The notes under the pieces were generated by a model. That model ran no database searches, had not been told where the DNA came from, and saw nothing but the letters and a program-made list of their open reading frames with translations. Shown here one piece after another: positions 8,590 to 19,439 of a stretch of 64,000 nt of DNA (within the stretch, counting starts at the first letter, position 1; every line of letters begins with the position of its first letter). The position numbers and the translations under genes were made by a program. This DNA is from Patescibacteria group bacterium (GTDB lineage Bacteria > Patescibacteriota > Patescibacteriia > Magasanikbacterales > GWA2-37-8), in the NCBI GenBank assembly GCA_041651015.1, contig JBAZKA010000005.1, positions 1,326 to 65,325 on the forward strand. Direction: 5' to 3'.

Positions 8590-10413
8590 CTACACCTCTA
8601 TAACTACGGGGAGGACCATTGGTCTCTTCTCTGTTTTGGTAAACAGAAATTGCCCGACATAATCGCGGATTTTGTTTTTGATTTCATTGGTATCGGCCCA
8701 GGAAAGCGGGTCCGAATCGTGAATGATTTTTTTCACGCGATGGCGCAAGTCTTCAATCAATTCTTTGTTTTCTTTGAGAAAGACAAAACCACGTGAGATA
8801 ATATCCGGATTTTGGATCAATTGTCCGGTCTTGGAATCAACCGTGGCGATCACCACAATCATGCCATCCTCGGACAATACTTGGCGATCGCGAAGCACGA
8901 CATTAGTTTCGTCAGACACGCCCAGGCCGTCCACGAACACATAATCAGCTGGAATTTTCTCTTTGCTCAAGGTGCCCTTGCCTCGGGAAAATTCCATCAC
9001 CTGTCCGTTGTCGGCAATAAAAATATTTTCTTTCGGCACGCCGACTGATTCGGCCACGCGGGCGTTGTAGTGCAAGAGGAAGTGGTTGCCTTCAATCGGC
9101 ACAAAATATTTGGGATTGAGCAAACGTATCATCAACTTCACATCATCAGCTTTGGCGTGACCGCCGGCGTGCACGTCCATCATTTGATAATGAATGACCT
9201 CGGCGCCTTTGCGGAACAAAGTATCTTTGAGGCGCTGGACCGTGCGCTCATTGCCCGGGATGACCGAGGACGAAAACACCACCGTGTCGCCAGGCACGAG
9301 CCTGACCGAACGATGTTCGCCGTTGGCAATGCGCATGAGCGAAGCGTTTTTCTCGCCTTGAGCGCCGGTGCAGATTACCACCACTTTATTATTTGGAAAA
9401 TCGTTAATGCGTTTCATGTCCACAATAGTCTTTGGGTTGAATTTCATGTAGCCGAGTTCTTTGGCGATTTCAATATTGCTTTTCATGGAAAAGCCGTCAA
9501 TCGCCACCACCTTGCCGTTTTTTTCGCAAATCTCAATTATTTGTTTGATGCGGGAGAGCAAGGAAGCGAATGTGCCGATGATGAGGCGCCCCGGGGCTTT
9601 AGTGACAATGTCCACCAGATTGGTGGAAATTTCTGATTCGGAAAGCTGATGTCCCGGTTGAGAAGCATTTGTGGAATCGGACATGAGCGCGAGCACGCCT
9701 TGAGAACCGATTTGCGCGATGCGTTGTAAATCAGCGGGCGCTTCGCCGGCCGGCTGGTAATCAAATTTCCAGTCGCCTGAATGGATAATCGTTCCTTCCG
9801 GCGTATGAACGACAATACCCATAGTGTCCGGGATGTTATGGTTCAAATGGAAAAATTCCAATTCAAACGAACCGAGGCGGAGTTTGTCGTTTAAAGCCAC
9901 ATTGTGAATGTTGAGTGGCCGGACATTTTTAAAATCCTCCTGGCGTTTTTTGATAATTGCATTGGTGAGGGGCAATCCGTAAATCGGCGGATAGCCGATA
10001 AGTGGAATGAGGTGGGGGATGCCGCCGATATGGTCGTAGTGCGCGTGCGTGATAATCACGCCGCGGATATTTTTTTCTTTGCCTTTCAGATAATTCATGT
10101 TCGGGATGATGTAATCAATACCGGGCATGTCTTCTTCGGGGAATTGCAAACCCATATCAATGAGAATGATGTCGTTCTCATATTCAATCATGGTGCAGTT
10201 GCGTCCGACTTCCTCCAGACCACCAATAACGGCCACGCGGAGTTTGGATTCCAAATTGCGGAAACGCGAAAACGACGGCCGATTATTTTGCGGCGCGTTT
10301 TGGCGCGTATCGCGCCGGCGAAATTCTTGAGCGCCCTTGGGGCGCGTCTCATAAGTCCGGCGCGGGCGATGAGCCTCGCCTGACGGCTTATTGGGTGAAT
10401 AACGTGAGTTCAT
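8590..10413 (-). CDS. rnj: Ribonuclease J
   Basis: GGLEEVGRN, THAHYDHIGG metallo-beta-lactamase motif, HSGDWK, HAGGH, KRPMVLPVVIEV. Confidence 0.95.
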   Translation of the reverse strand: MNSRYSPNKPSGEAHRPRRTYETRPKGAQEFRRRDTRQNAPQNNRPSFSRFRNLESKLRVAVIGGLEEVGRNCTMIEYENDIILIDMGLQFPEEDMPGIDYIIPNMNYLKGKEKNIRGVIITHAHYDHIGGIPHLIPLIGYPPIYGLPLTNAIIKKRQEDFKNVRPLNIHNVALNDKLRLGSFELEFFHLNHNIPDTMGIVVHTPEGTIIHSGDWKFDYQPAGEAPADLQRIAQIGSQGVLALMSDSTNASQPGHQLSESEISTNLVDIVTKAPGRLIIGTFASLLSRIKQIIEICEKNGKVVAIDGFSMKSNIEIAKELGYMKFNPKTIVDMKRINDFPNNKVVVICTGAQGEKNASLMRIANGEHRSVRLVPGDTVVFSSSVIPGNERTVQRLKDTLFRKGAEVIHYQMMDVHAGGHAKADDVKLMIRLLNPKYFVPIEGNHFLLHYNARVAESVGVPKENIFIADNGQVMEFSRGKGTLSKEKIPADYVFVDGLGVSDETNVVLRDRQVLSEDGMIVVIATVDSKTGQLIQNPDIISRGFVFLKENKELIEDLRHRVKKIIHDSDPLSWADTNEIKNKIRDYVGQFLFTKTEKRPMVLPVVIEV

Positions 10414-10423
10414 AAATATAAGT

Positions 10424-10483
10424 TGTCATGCTGAACTTGTTTCAGCATCTTTTGTCAGATCCTGAAACGAGTTCAGGATGACA
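10424..10483. repeat. REP-like paired palindrome
   Basis: tgtcatgctgaacttgtttcagcatct...agatcctgaaacgagttcaggatgaca. Confidence 0.8.
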
Positions 10484-10573
10484 GAATAATAAAATTAAAT
10501 GAATAAAACATAAGAAGAAGTATAATTCCGATTCGACTCGCGGAATTAAATAATTTTTGTTAGATCAGTGTCG

Positions 10574-10655
10574 TGCGGACGGAGGGACTCGAACCCTCAA
10601 GGATTGCTCCATACGCTTCTGAGACGTACGCGTATACCAGTTCCGCCACGTCCGC
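10574..10655 (-). tRNA. tRNA-Leu(CAG)
   Basis: Cloverleaf GCGGACG/CGTCCGC, anticodon loop CT-CAG-AA, long variable arm, GGTTCGAG T-loop; CCA not encoded. Confidence 0.93.
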
Positions 10656-10834
10656 GATTTAGTTTATAAAGTTGAAAGTTTGAAAGTTATAAAGTTTGCC
10701 GTTGATACGGCTTGGGTGCGGGAAGTAAATAATCAAGTAATTATAGCATAAAATAGGTGCCTTGTCAATAGCTGGGGAGATTTTTTTGCTGTGGCGGGGC
10801 GTTGCGACTTTATAACTTTATGAACTTTTTAACT

Positions 10835-12784
10835 TTAAAAACTCTTACCCAGCCACCAGCTGGTTTTAGTGTACCAAGAATTTATGTTGTTAAAGCGGTC
10901 GGCTGGAGAATAAATTCTTCCAACGTCAACACCTTGAACTTTTTTGTCTATTAGATATTCATACGTCGGAGAATACAGAAATATCGCCGGAATATCCTTG
11001 GCCAAAATGTCTTGGAATTTTTTGTAATAATCGGCGCGCGCCTCGGTGCTTGAGGCCACGCGGGCGTTTTCAATTAACGCATCAGCGTCTTTGTCCGAAA
11101 ACATCGCCAAGTTTAAGCCAGGGTATTCGGTTTGCGAAGAGTGCCAGAACGGAAATAAATCCGGGTCATCGCCCAAGATTTCGCTGAAGAGTAAAACATC
11201 ATAGGCGCGGCCTTTGAGCGCTTCACGGCTGATTTGTGAACTCGGGATGATAACGACATTGGTTTGTACGCCGACAGCGCGCCAGGCCAAAGCAATGGCT
11301 TCGGCCGCGGTTTCATATTCGGCCGTATCCACGGTCGTCAAATTGACGGAAAGAATTTCATTTTTGGAATTTTTGCGGTAGTAGGTTTGGTCCGGACGCA
11401 TACCGGAGCGCACCAAGTCCTCAGCCTGCTTTTGCAAATCGGCGAGCAAAGTGGTGGAGTTGGTGGCAAAATCCGGTTGAGTTTTCACGTCTGTTTCTTT
11501 TTCTTTTATCATGGCGTCGCGTTTCAAGGCGAAATATTCTTCGGGTGTGAGCCGAGTCCAATTTTTATCTAAAAGGGCGGCTGCCTCGTCAACATTGTAA
11601 GCAATTTTGGCGATATCAGGATGATAGCCAATAAAGTTGGACGGAATGGGAGCGTCTATTACTTCGCCCAGATCGCCCAAAGCCGCGTTCATTATGGTTT
11701 CTTTGTCTATAGCTTTGGCTAGAGCCGTGCGCACCTCCAAATTTTTGAGTGACGCCTTCGCACTTTGGTTAAAAAATATGGCGGTGTATTGGGGCAGGTG
11801 CAATTCGTAACTGTTAAAATTTTTACCGCCGTATGCCTCACTCAGATTGCGTGGTAAAAATGCCAAACCCATAACAACACGGCTTTTAAGTTCATCGGCC
11901 GCCGAAGCCTGGTCGTTATAAAATTTGAAAGAAAGTTTTTTCAAATATGTTTGTTCGCCAAAATAACGAGTGTTGCGTTCCAAAGTATATGTCTCCACAC
12001 CCTCTTCGTTTTTGGTCATTTTGGAAAATTTCCACGGGCCGGAAGTGACTGCCGGCTGTAAATTTTCTTTGGCCAAACGCAAATTGGCGGCCGTGGTCAT
12101 ACTAAATACATGTTCGGGCAAAATACCAACCGAGAGATTGGAGGTGAATGGCGCGAAAGCGTCTTTCAGAGTAAAAGTAATTTCATAGTCGTTGGTTTTT
12201 TCCACAATGACGCCGTTGAAAGCGGTGAAGAGGGGGCTGTTGGTTTCCGGATTTTGGATATATTCAAAAGTGAAGGCCACGTCATCGGCATTAATTTTTT
12301 CGCCGTCAGTCCAATACGCATCTTCGCGTAATTTGACGGTATAAATTTTACCGTCTTCGCTCACGGTATAGCCGGCGGCCAATTCGGGAATTAATTTTTG
12401 GTTCGCGCCGATTTTGAAAAGCCGGGCGTAAAGCAGGGGAGTGATATCCGCGTCAACATCATTGGCTGCGGCGAAAATCGGATTGATAAGTTTGGGTTGC
12501 CCGATCAAAGCCTCGCTGTATTCACCACCGATTTTCGGCGTTGACGATAAATGTTTGGGAACGAAAACAATTCCCCAGACAATCGAGGTCGCGGCGATGA
12601 CGAGGGCGCAAGCGAGAATGGCTATTTTTTCACCCCGGCCGAGAAATCTGCCAAGATAAGATAATTGCCGAAGAGATGGCCAAAAACGCCGGCGCAAGCT
12701 TTTGACCAGTTTTTTATCAAAATCACGAACCAGCGGCCTTGGCTCTTGCCGCAAAATCGGTCGGAAAAATTTTTTCCAATCCAT
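10835..12784 (-). CDS. Peptide/nickel ABC substrate-binding protein (SBP family 5), membrane anchored
   Basis: GGEYSEALIGQP..INP, PELA..YTVSEDGKIYTVKLR..WTDGEKINADDVAFT, SGPWK. Confidence 0.88.
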   Translation of the reverse strand: MDWKKFFRPILRQEPRPLVRDFDKKLVKSLRRRFWPSLRQLSYLGRFLGRGEKIAILACALVIAATSIVWGIVFVPKHLSSTPKIGGEYSEALIGQPKLINPIFAAANDVDADITPLLYARLFKIGANQKLIPELAAGYTVSEDGKIYTVKLREDAYWTDGEKINADDVAFTFEYIQNPETNSPLFTAFNGVIVEKTNDYEITFTLKDAFAPFTSNLSVGILPEHVFSMTTAANLRLAKENLQPAVTSGPWKFSKMTKNEEGVETYTLERNTRYFGEQTYLKKLSFKFYNDQASAADELKSRVVMGLAFLPRNLSEAYGGKNFNSYELHLPQYTAIFFNQSAKASLKNLEVRTALAKAIDKETIMNAALGDLGEVIDAPIPSNFIGYHPDIAKIAYNVDEAAALLDKNWTRLTPEEYFALKRDAMIKEKETDVKTQPDFATNSTTLLADLQKQAEDLVRSGMRPDQTYYRKNSKNEILSVNLTTVDTAEYETAAEAIALAWRAVGVQTNVVIIPSSQISREALKGRAYDVLLFSEILGDDPDLFPFWHSSQTEYPGLNLAMFSDKDADALIENARVASSTEARADYYKKFQDILAKDIPAIFLYSPTYEYLIDKKVQGVDVGRIYSPADRFNNINSWYTKTSWWLGKSF

Positions 12785-12802
12785 GGAATGATTTTATTAA
12801 TC

Positions 12803-13018
12803 TTAGAAGAACAAACGCGCCAACGTAAAGCCAAAAAACAGAACGCCCAGCACGATTGTGGCGTAAAAAAGAATTTTATCCAAGCCGCGTTTGGTGCTGT
12901 AAACATTGGAACTGCCGCCAAACACACCGCCCACGCCACCGCCTTTTTGTTGGAGCAAGACCACGATGATAATAAGTACGGACAGGACAATTTGTATGAT
13001 GTTGAACAGGGTGTTCAT
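12803..13018 (-). CDS. secG: Preprotein translocase subunit SecG
   Basis: Two TM helices around VLLQQKGGGVGGVFGG...KRGLDKILF. Confidence 0.9.
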   Translation of the reverse strand: MNTLFNIIQIVLSVLIIIVVLLQQKGGGVGGVFGGSSNVYSTKRGLDKILFYATIVLGVLFFGFTLARLFF

Positions 13019-13095
13019 AACCAAAATAGATAAATAAAGTATGAAAAAAGTATATCATTATTTATGTTTAGTGTCAATGGAGACGAATGGTGAAG

Positions 13096-13177
13096 AATGA
13101 CAAATATCCAATATCCAATGTCAAATGAATGACAAAGTTCAAATGACAAAATGCCGTAAATTTGACATTTGATATTA
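13096..13177. repeat. AT-rich short-period repeat (aatgacaaat/tccaat family)
   Basis: Related copy at 47133-47244. Confidence 0.7.
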
Positions 13178-13219
13178 ATAATTGTGGATATTATTTCGTA
13201 AATATGATAAAATATTTAT

Positions 13220-14002
13220 ATGGCATTTTATCTTCCCAAGGCAAAGCATTGGTATTCCACTTGGTGGGGTGTGACGATTTTGGCCATGTCAGTCCTCATC
13301 GCCGCGGCGCTTATTGCGTTTGGTCTTTTGATTTTTAATTATTGGCATGCGGTCAAGTCCGGACAGGGCGAAGCTTTGCAAAATAATTTCTACGGGCAAA
13401 TTCAGACAACCGAGGATCCGGCGATAATGGCTTTGCGCAAAACTTTGGAAACAACCGATGACCCGTCCGTGGGCAATGCCGCTGCTCCGATTGTGATTGT
13501 GGAATTTGTGGATTTGAAATGCCCGTATTGCAAACAAGAAGACTCGGTGTTGCAACAAATTATTTCCAAATATGGTTATAATGTAAAAATTATTACGCGC
13601 GATTTTCCGATGGAATCGGTACACGAAGGTACGACGCAATTCGCGGCCATTGCTTCTTGCGCCAATGAGCAGGGCGGGTATTCTTTGGTGGCGAATTTCT
13701 TTTACTCCAATCAAGATATTTTGCCGACCGAATTATCATCTGATGAAATCGGCAACATGTCGGACAGTTTTGGATTGGACAGGACAAAAATGCTTGAATG
13801 TGTAAATTCCGGCCGTGGCAAGACCGAGGCTATGCAAGATTATTCTGATTTGGTCAAAAGCGCGAAGAGCTCGGCCATTGCCGGCACCCCGATATTTTTT
13901 GTAAACGGCGTGATGTTCGCGGATGCTAACGGCACAAACAAGGGATATATTCCACTGGCCACATGGGAACAGTTATTTCAAAAAATCGGACTGACTAAAT
14001 AA
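13220..14002 (+). CDS. DsbA-family thioredoxin-fold protein
   Basis: TM anchor, DDPSVG..APIVIVEFVDLKCPYC, GTPIFFVNG. Confidence 0.88.
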   Translation: MAFYLPKAKHWYSTWWGVTILAMSVLIAAALIAFGLLIFNYWHAVKSGQGEALQNNFYGQIQTTEDPAIMALRKTLETTDDPSVGNAAAPIVIVEFVDLKCPYCKQEDSVLQQIISKYGYNVKIITRDFPMESVHEGTTQFAAIASCANEQGGYSLVANFFYSNQDILPTELSSDEIGNMSDSFGLDRTKMLECVNSGRGKTEAMQDYSDLVKSAKSSAIAGTPIFFVNGVMFADANGTNKGYIPLATWEQLFQKIGLTK

Positions 14003-14004
14003 TT

Positions 14005-15471
14005 ATGCGCAAAATAAATTTCGGAAAAATTTTATCAGCCATCACACTTAGTATTTTATTTTTATTGCCGAATACGGTTTTGGCCGCGGAAATTAAAACG
14101 GAATTTAATCCCATGTGCTGGACCGAGCAGGAATGCAAAGACAAGAGAACAGAGTTGTGGGGCGCCGAGCGCGCGAATGGCGGTTGGTTGGAAAAAGAAG
14201 GCAAGGAATGTAATAAAATCGGTTGGGGTAAATGTTTGGCCGGCAATGTCACTGAGACGCAAATTTCATTCGGCGGGACGAAATCTTTTTCCAACCTCGG
14301 CGAATATATAAAAACGATTTATAATTATGGTTTAGTGGTAATTGGAATTTTGGCCGTGATAATGATAGTGATGGCCGGCGCTCAATGGATAACTTCGGCC
14401 GGCAGTTCCGAGCGCATCACCCAATCCAAGAAAAGAATCTCAGGCGCGATTATCGGACTTTTTATCGCCTACATGTCATATATTATTTTGAAAAGCATCA
14501 ATCCCGCGACCGTCAATTTGCGTTTGCCGCAAGTTTATCTCATCAAATCACAAGTGTTGCCGTCCAAATGGTGCAAGGATGTGCCAAAAAACGGTGGCCA
14601 GGACACGAAGTTTGCTTTAGCTGCTGATAAGAATAATCAAAAGAGCAAAGTTGAGGCCACGGGTAGCGAATCGCCTTGGCTTGTTTACTCCAACGATAAT
14701 CCGTATTCAGTGGATTTTTGGTGCGGCAAAAGATATTTCGTCAGTGGCGCAGATGCGGATACAACTTGTTTGGGGGATAGGTGCGATTTTGGGTATGTCT
14801 GTTCTAATTTTGAACCGCCTGACTCAAATAATCCTTACCATTGCATCGTGGGAACGATCACCGGGGAGGTAAAAAATTTAAACAGCGGGACATTTGAAGG
14901 CCTTGTGTCGGATAATTGGGAAGATGTTGATGGAGAAGAATTGTATCTTGTTTGTCTTGGCACGGGTGAGTCGGTGGAAGTTGACGCTGAAACCAGTGAG
15001 TCGGGCGTGATAAGCAACAAACAACAATATACAATCTCGGCCTCAGCCGAAGATTTGAAAGACGCGGTTGCAGAATGTGGTGGTGAGACAAAGGTCAGGG
15101 GCGGATTTATGAAGTTGGATTTTACACCCAGCGTGTCGGGAAATATTCTCTCCGAAGAGAGTCATTTGATTGGAAAAGACGGGAAAGATATTGCCGGCGG
15201 TTTACTGGTTGATGCCGTGGTGGATTATCCCGCCATCATCAAAACTGAGGCATTGATACCGTACGCGTTAATGAAGGCCGGAACCACGGTTGATGTTGAT
15301 GCCAAAAGTATAAAGATGTGGGAAAAGATGACGGAATCATTTTTGCAAACGTGGAGCGTAATTTTCACTGATGATACGGTTATTTCCGCGATGAAAGACA
15401 AATTAAAAGATGTATTTGGTTATTATAAGGATTACATCGTAGTTCAATATTCTGATAAAGTCTCAAAATAA
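14005..15471 (+). CDS. CPR-type pilin (TrbC/VirB2-like domain) with a Cys-rich C-terminal extension
   Basis: YIKTIYNYGLVVIGILAVIMIVMAGAQWITSAG...KKRISGAIIGLFIA..SYIILKSINP. Confidence 0.75.
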   Translation: MRKINFGKILSAITLSILFLLPNTVLAAEIKTEFNPMCWTEQECKDKRTELWGAERANGGWLEKEGKECNKIGWGKCLAGNVTETQISFGGTKSFSNLGEYIKTIYNYGLVVIGILAVIMIVMAGAQWITSAGSSERITQSKKRISGAIIGLFIAYMSYIILKSINPATVNLRLPQVYLIKSQVLPSKWCKDVPKNGGQDTKFALAADKNNQKSKVEATGSESPWLVYSNDNPYSVDFWCGKRYFVSGADADTTCLGDRCDFGYVCSNFEPPDSNNPYHCIVGTITGEVKNLNSGTFEGLVSDNWEDVDGEELYLVCLGTGESVEVDAETSESGVISNKQQYTISASAEDLKDAVAECGGETKVRGGFMKLDFTPSVSGNILSEESHLIGKDGKDIAGGLLVDAVVDYPAIIKTEALIPYALMKAGTTVDVDAKSIKMWEKMTESFLQTWSVIFTDDTVISAMKDKLKDVFGYYKDYIVVQYSDKVSK

Positions 15472-15606
15472 TACCTGTTTTGAATCAATACCGTGTAAGT
15501 TATACCACTGTCCTTGACACCCCCTTGAAAACATGTTAAGATTGGACATCAAAAAATTTCACCCAAAACGTTTGATTTTCGGTGAAAAATGTCTTCTTAA
15601 CAAAAT

Positions 15607-18435
15607 ATGCCGGACAAAAATAACGCCAAAGATAAAATTATTATCAAAGGCGCCAGAGTGCACAACCTCAAAAACATCAACATTGAAATTCCGAAAAATA
15701 AATTTGTCGTCATCACCGGCTTGTCCGGTTCGGGCAAATCTTCGCTCGCTTTTGACACCATTTACGCCGAAGGCCAGCGCCGTTACGCCGAATCATTATC
15801 TTCTTTTGCGCGCCAATTCATGGAAGTGCGCGACAAACCCGATGTGGATTCCATTGAAGGGTTGTCGCCGACTATTGCCATTGACCAGCGCGTTTCCACG
15901 CAAAATCCTCGTTCCACCGTTGGTACGGTGACCGAGATTTATGATTATTTGCGTTTGCTTTTTGCCCGCGCCGGCGATCAATTTTGTCCGGACTGCGGGG
16001 TAAAAGTAAATGTTTTTACAGCCGGAGGAATCGCGGAAAAAGTCCGCAACCTCGCTCGCAAGGGCGAAGTTTTTATTTTATCGCCCTTGGCGCGAGACGA
16101 ATTTGTGGATGCCAAAATGTTGATTGAAAAAATTGAACAGTCGGGTATGGACACGGTTTGGATTGATGGCGAAGTTTTGAAAATCAATGACATTGCCGAT
16201 TTTGATTTTGAACCCAAGACCAAATACCGCGTCGGTCTGGTGGTGGATAAAATTGAAGATATTAGAAAACAAGACCCGATGAAACCGGTGGAGATTGCTC
16301 TGGATTTATCCAACGGCCTGGTGGAAATTGTCTACAACGGAAAAATTGAAACTTATTCCACTTTTGGACTTTGTCCGTCTTGCGGCAAGATGACGCCGGA
16401 ACCGGATATCAGAAATTTTTCGTTTAACAGCCCGATCGGCGCCTGCCCGCGTTGTACCGGCCTCGGCATTACCATGGAAGTGGACCCGGATTTGGTCGTG
16501 CCCAATCCGCGCCTGACTTTGGCCGAGGGTGCCATTCAGCCATGGACCCGCATTACCGGCAATCAGGCTTGGTATCAAAAAATGCTTTCCGCCGTGGCTG
16601 ACAGGCATAATTTTTCTTTGGATATTGCCATTGGCGATTTGCCCAAGACTGCCTTGGAAATAATTTTAAAAGGTACTGGCAACGAGCCGTATGAAGTGGA
16701 AAATAAAAAAGTTAATTTTCCGGGTGTGATGGAAGATCTGCGCGCGCGCCATTTGGCCACTGATTCCGAATATGTGCGCAAGGAAATTGAACAATACATG
16801 CGCGAACAATTGTGCAGTGTCTGCCATGGTAAACGCTTGAAAACAGAATCGCTCGCGGTCAAAGTCAATGGCTTAAATATCGCCGAAGTGGCGGGTTTGA
16901 ATATTGATGAAGGCTTGGCATTTTTCAAGTCAATCAATACCGGCAATGGGAAAAAAGATAAGACTGACGGCCGGTCTATGGTGGTCGCGCCGGTGGTTAA
17001 AGAAATTATTATTAGATTGGAAAATTTATCCCGAGTTGGTTTGGGTTATTTGAGCATTGACCGGGCCATGAACACGCTCTCCGGCGGTGAGGTGACGCGC
17101 GTGCGTTTGTCCACTCAGCTCTCGTCCGGCCTGACCGGCGTGGTATATATCCTGGATGAGCCGTCGGTTGGTTTGCATCCCCGCGATATCAAAAAATTGG
17201 TAGACACTCTGAAGTATTTGCGCGATCTCGGCAACAGTGTGATTGTGGTAGAGCATGATGCTTCCATTATGAACGCGGCCGACTATATCATTGATGTTGG
17301 TCCGGGCGCCGGTCTTTATGGTGGAGAAATTTTGGCCAAAGGCACACTCGCGGAAATTAAAAAATCCAAAAAATCATTGACTGGAGATTATTTGTCCGGC
17401 CGGGTAAAAATAAAAAGAGTTTTACCGCGCCAAAAAGCCGACAAAGTGACAAAAAAAATTCGCGTGGTCGGCGCCAAGGCGTTTAATTTGAAAAATGTCA
17501 CCGTGGATTTTCCTTTGGAAAAATTGGTTTGCGTCACCGGCGTGTCCGGATCGGGCAAATCAACTCTAGTGGTGGAAATTTTGTCCAAAGCCTTGTCCAA
17601 ACATTTTTATCGGGCCAAAGACGAACCGGGCGCGCACAAATCCATTGAAGGCATGGATAATGTGGACAAAGTAATCGCCATTGATCAAACGCCGATTGGA
17701 CGCACTCCGCGTTCCAATCCCGCGACTTACACCGGCGTGTTCACTCTCATTCGCGATTTGTATGCCGCTTTGCCCGAAGCCAAGATGCGCCGTTTTGACG
17801 CCGGTAAATTCAGTTTCAATGTGAAAGGCGGGGGACGCTGTGAGGCCTGCTCGGGCGATGGTTATGTCCGCATTCCCATGCAATTTTTGGCTGATGTGTT
17901 TGTCACCTGCAATGAGTGTAATGGTTCGCGCTATAACCGCGACGCCATGGAAATTCATTATCAGGGTAAAAATATTTCCGATGTTCTGAACATGACCGTG
18001 GAAGAAGCGTTTAAATTTTTTGTCAGCGACCGCCAGATTTCGCAAAAGTTAAATGTCTTGCGCGACGTCGGCCTCGGCTATGTCCGTTTGGGCCAGCCGG
18101 CCACCACGCTTTCGGGCGGTGAAGCGCAACGCATCAAGCTGGCGACCGAACTGGCGCGCGCCTCCACCGGTTCCACTTTGTATATTTTGGATGAGCCGAC
18201 CACGGGTTTGCATTTTGAAGATATCGGCCGCTTGCTCATGGTCTTGGAACAATTAGTCGCCAAGGGCAACACCGTTTTGATTATTGAACACAACATTGAC
18301 GTGATAAAAAATTGTGATTGGATAATTGAGATGGGTCCGGATGGCGGTAAGAACGGCGGTGAACTAATTGCCGAAGGGCCGTTGGAAAAACTCGCGAAAA
18401 ATAAAAAATCTTGGACCGCGAAATATCTTAAATAA
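15607..18435 (+). CDS. uvrA: Excinuclease ABC subunit A
   Basis: GARVHNLKN, two GxSGSGKS Walker A motifs, Zn fingers, LSGGE and LDEP motifs. Confidence 0.97.
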   Translation: MPDKNNAKDKIIIKGARVHNLKNINIEIPKNKFVVITGLSGSGKSSLAFDTIYAEGQRRYAESLSSFARQFMEVRDKPDVDSIEGLSPTIAIDQRVSTQNPRSTVGTVTEIYDYLRLLFARAGDQFCPDCGVKVNVFTAGGIAEKVRNLARKGEVFILSPLARDEFVDAKMLIEKIEQSGMDTVWIDGEVLKINDIADFDFEPKTKYRVGLVVDKIEDIRKQDPMKPVEIALDLSNGLVEIVYNGKIETYSTFGLCPSCGKMTPEPDIRNFSFNSPIGACPRCTGLGITMEVDPDLVVPNPRLTLAEGAIQPWTRITGNQAWYQKMLSAVADRHNFSLDIAIGDLPKTALEIILKGTGNEPYEVENKKVNFPGVMEDLRARHLATDSEYVRKEIEQYMREQLCSVCHGKRLKTESLAVKVNGLNIAEVAGLNIDEGLAFFKSINTGNGKKDKTDGRSMVVAPVVKEIIIRLENLSRVGLGYLSIDRAMNTLSGGEVTRVRLSTQLSSGLTGVVYILDEPSVGLHPRDIKKLVDTLKYLRDLGNSVIVVEHDASIMNAADYIIDVGPGAGLYGGEILAKGTLAEIKKSKKSLTGDYLSGRVKIKRVLPRQKADKVTKKIRVVGAKAFNLKNVTVDFPLEKLVCVTGVSGSGKSTLVVEILSKALSKHFYRAKDEPGAHKSIEGMDNVDKVIAIDQTPIGRTPRSNPATYTGVFTLIRDLYAALPEAKMRRFDAGKFSFNVKGGGRCEACSGDGYVRIPMQFLADVFVTCNECNGSRYNRDAMEIHYQGKNISDVLNMTVEEAFKFFVSDRQISQKLNVLRDVGLGYVRLGQPATTLSGGEAQRIKLATELARASTGSTLYILDEPTTGLHFEDIGRLLMVLEQLVAKGNTVLIIEHNIDVIKNCDWIIEMGPDGGKNGGELIAEGPLEKLAKNKKSWTAKYLK

Positions 18436-18443
18436 TAAAAATA

Positions 18444-18473
18444 AAAAAGCTCCGATTTACATCGGAGCTTTTT
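18444..18473. terminator. Bidirectional terminator between uvrA and rplS
   Basis: aaaaagctccgat-ttac-atcggagcttttt. Confidence 0.85.
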
Positions 18474-18475
18474 AG

Positions 18476-18805
18476 TTATTTCTTTTTTTCTGTCATCTTG
18501 CGTTTGAACTTTGGGTCGCGCAAGAAGTGCAATTTGGCTCGGCGAGTTTCAAACTCGCGGACGATTTCAATCTGAGCCACAACCGGCGATTTGATGGGAA
18601 AGATTTTTTCCACACCCACGCCGTCCGAGATTTTGCGCACCGTGATGGTGGCGCCTTCTTCGGCGCCGTGCTTCACGGCGATAATCGTGCCTTCATAAAT
18701 CTGAATACGCTCTTTTTCTTCGCCTTTGGTGTTAAGTTCTTTGACTTTTTGGTGAACTTTCACGACCATACCGGGCTTGTACACAACAGCTTTTTCTTCG
18801 GTCAT
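18476..18805 (-). CDS. rplS: 50S ribosomal protein L19
   Basis: [42 protein letters not shown]. Confidence 0.95.
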   Translation of the reverse strand: MTEEKAVVYKPGMVVKVHQKVKELNTKGEEKERIQIYEGTIIAVKHGAEEGATITVRKISDGVGVEKIFPIKSPVVAQIEIVREFETRRAKLHFLRDPKFKRKMTEKKK

Positions 18806-18857
18806 ATTTTTATAAAAGAATATAGAATAAGGGATAAGTGCCGATATATTAGCCTAT

Positions 18858-19436
18858 TTATTGATTTGTGTCAAGACCGAGGCGCTCGTTGATAATTTCC
18901 TCGGCTTTTTCAATTGTTTCCGCCAGTTTATCCTGATAATTCACGATTTTATAATCATAAATTTTTGACTCGGCCACTTCACTAATTGCCGTCTCCAACC
19001 GCTGTTTGATTTTTTCCGGTGTGAGCCCGCCACGAGTTTCAATGCGTATTTTTAACACTTCTTCACTTTCCGGCATCAAAAAAATGGATAAATTGTTCCA
19101 GCCGGCCGCGTCAAGGTTTTTTTTACCGTTGACCTCAATATTGGAAAAAACGATATTATGCTTATCCAGTAAATCGGTGAGTCGCTGTCTTTCTGTGCCA
19201 TAGTAATTTTCCGCGTAAAAGTTATACTCAATCATTTTTCCGTCACGGAGCATTTTTTCAAACTCGTCGCGCGTCACGAAATTGTAATCAACGCCATTTT
19301 GTTCTCCCGGGCGCGGTGGGCGGGTAGTCGTGGTCATTAATTTGACGGCATCGGGCAATTTGTGGATTAATCCGCGGATGACCGCGTCTTTGCCGCCGCC
19401 GGAAGGGGATGAAATGATTATGAGATGTCCTGACAT
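18858..19436 (-). CDS. gmk: Guanylate kinase
   Basis: SSPSGGGK, TTRPPRPGEQNGVDYNFV, NYYGT. Confidence 0.93.
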   Translation of the reverse strand: MSGHLIIISSPSGGGKDAVIRGLIHKLPDAVKLMTTTTRPPRPGEQNGVDYNFVTRDEFEKMLRDGKMIEYNFYAENYYGTERQRLTDLLDKHNIVFSNIEVNGKKNLDAAGWNNLSIFLMPESEEVLKIRIETRGGLTPEKIKQRLETAISEVAESKIYDYKIVNYQDKLAETIEKAEEIINERLGLDTNQ

Positions 19437-19439
19437 ATT

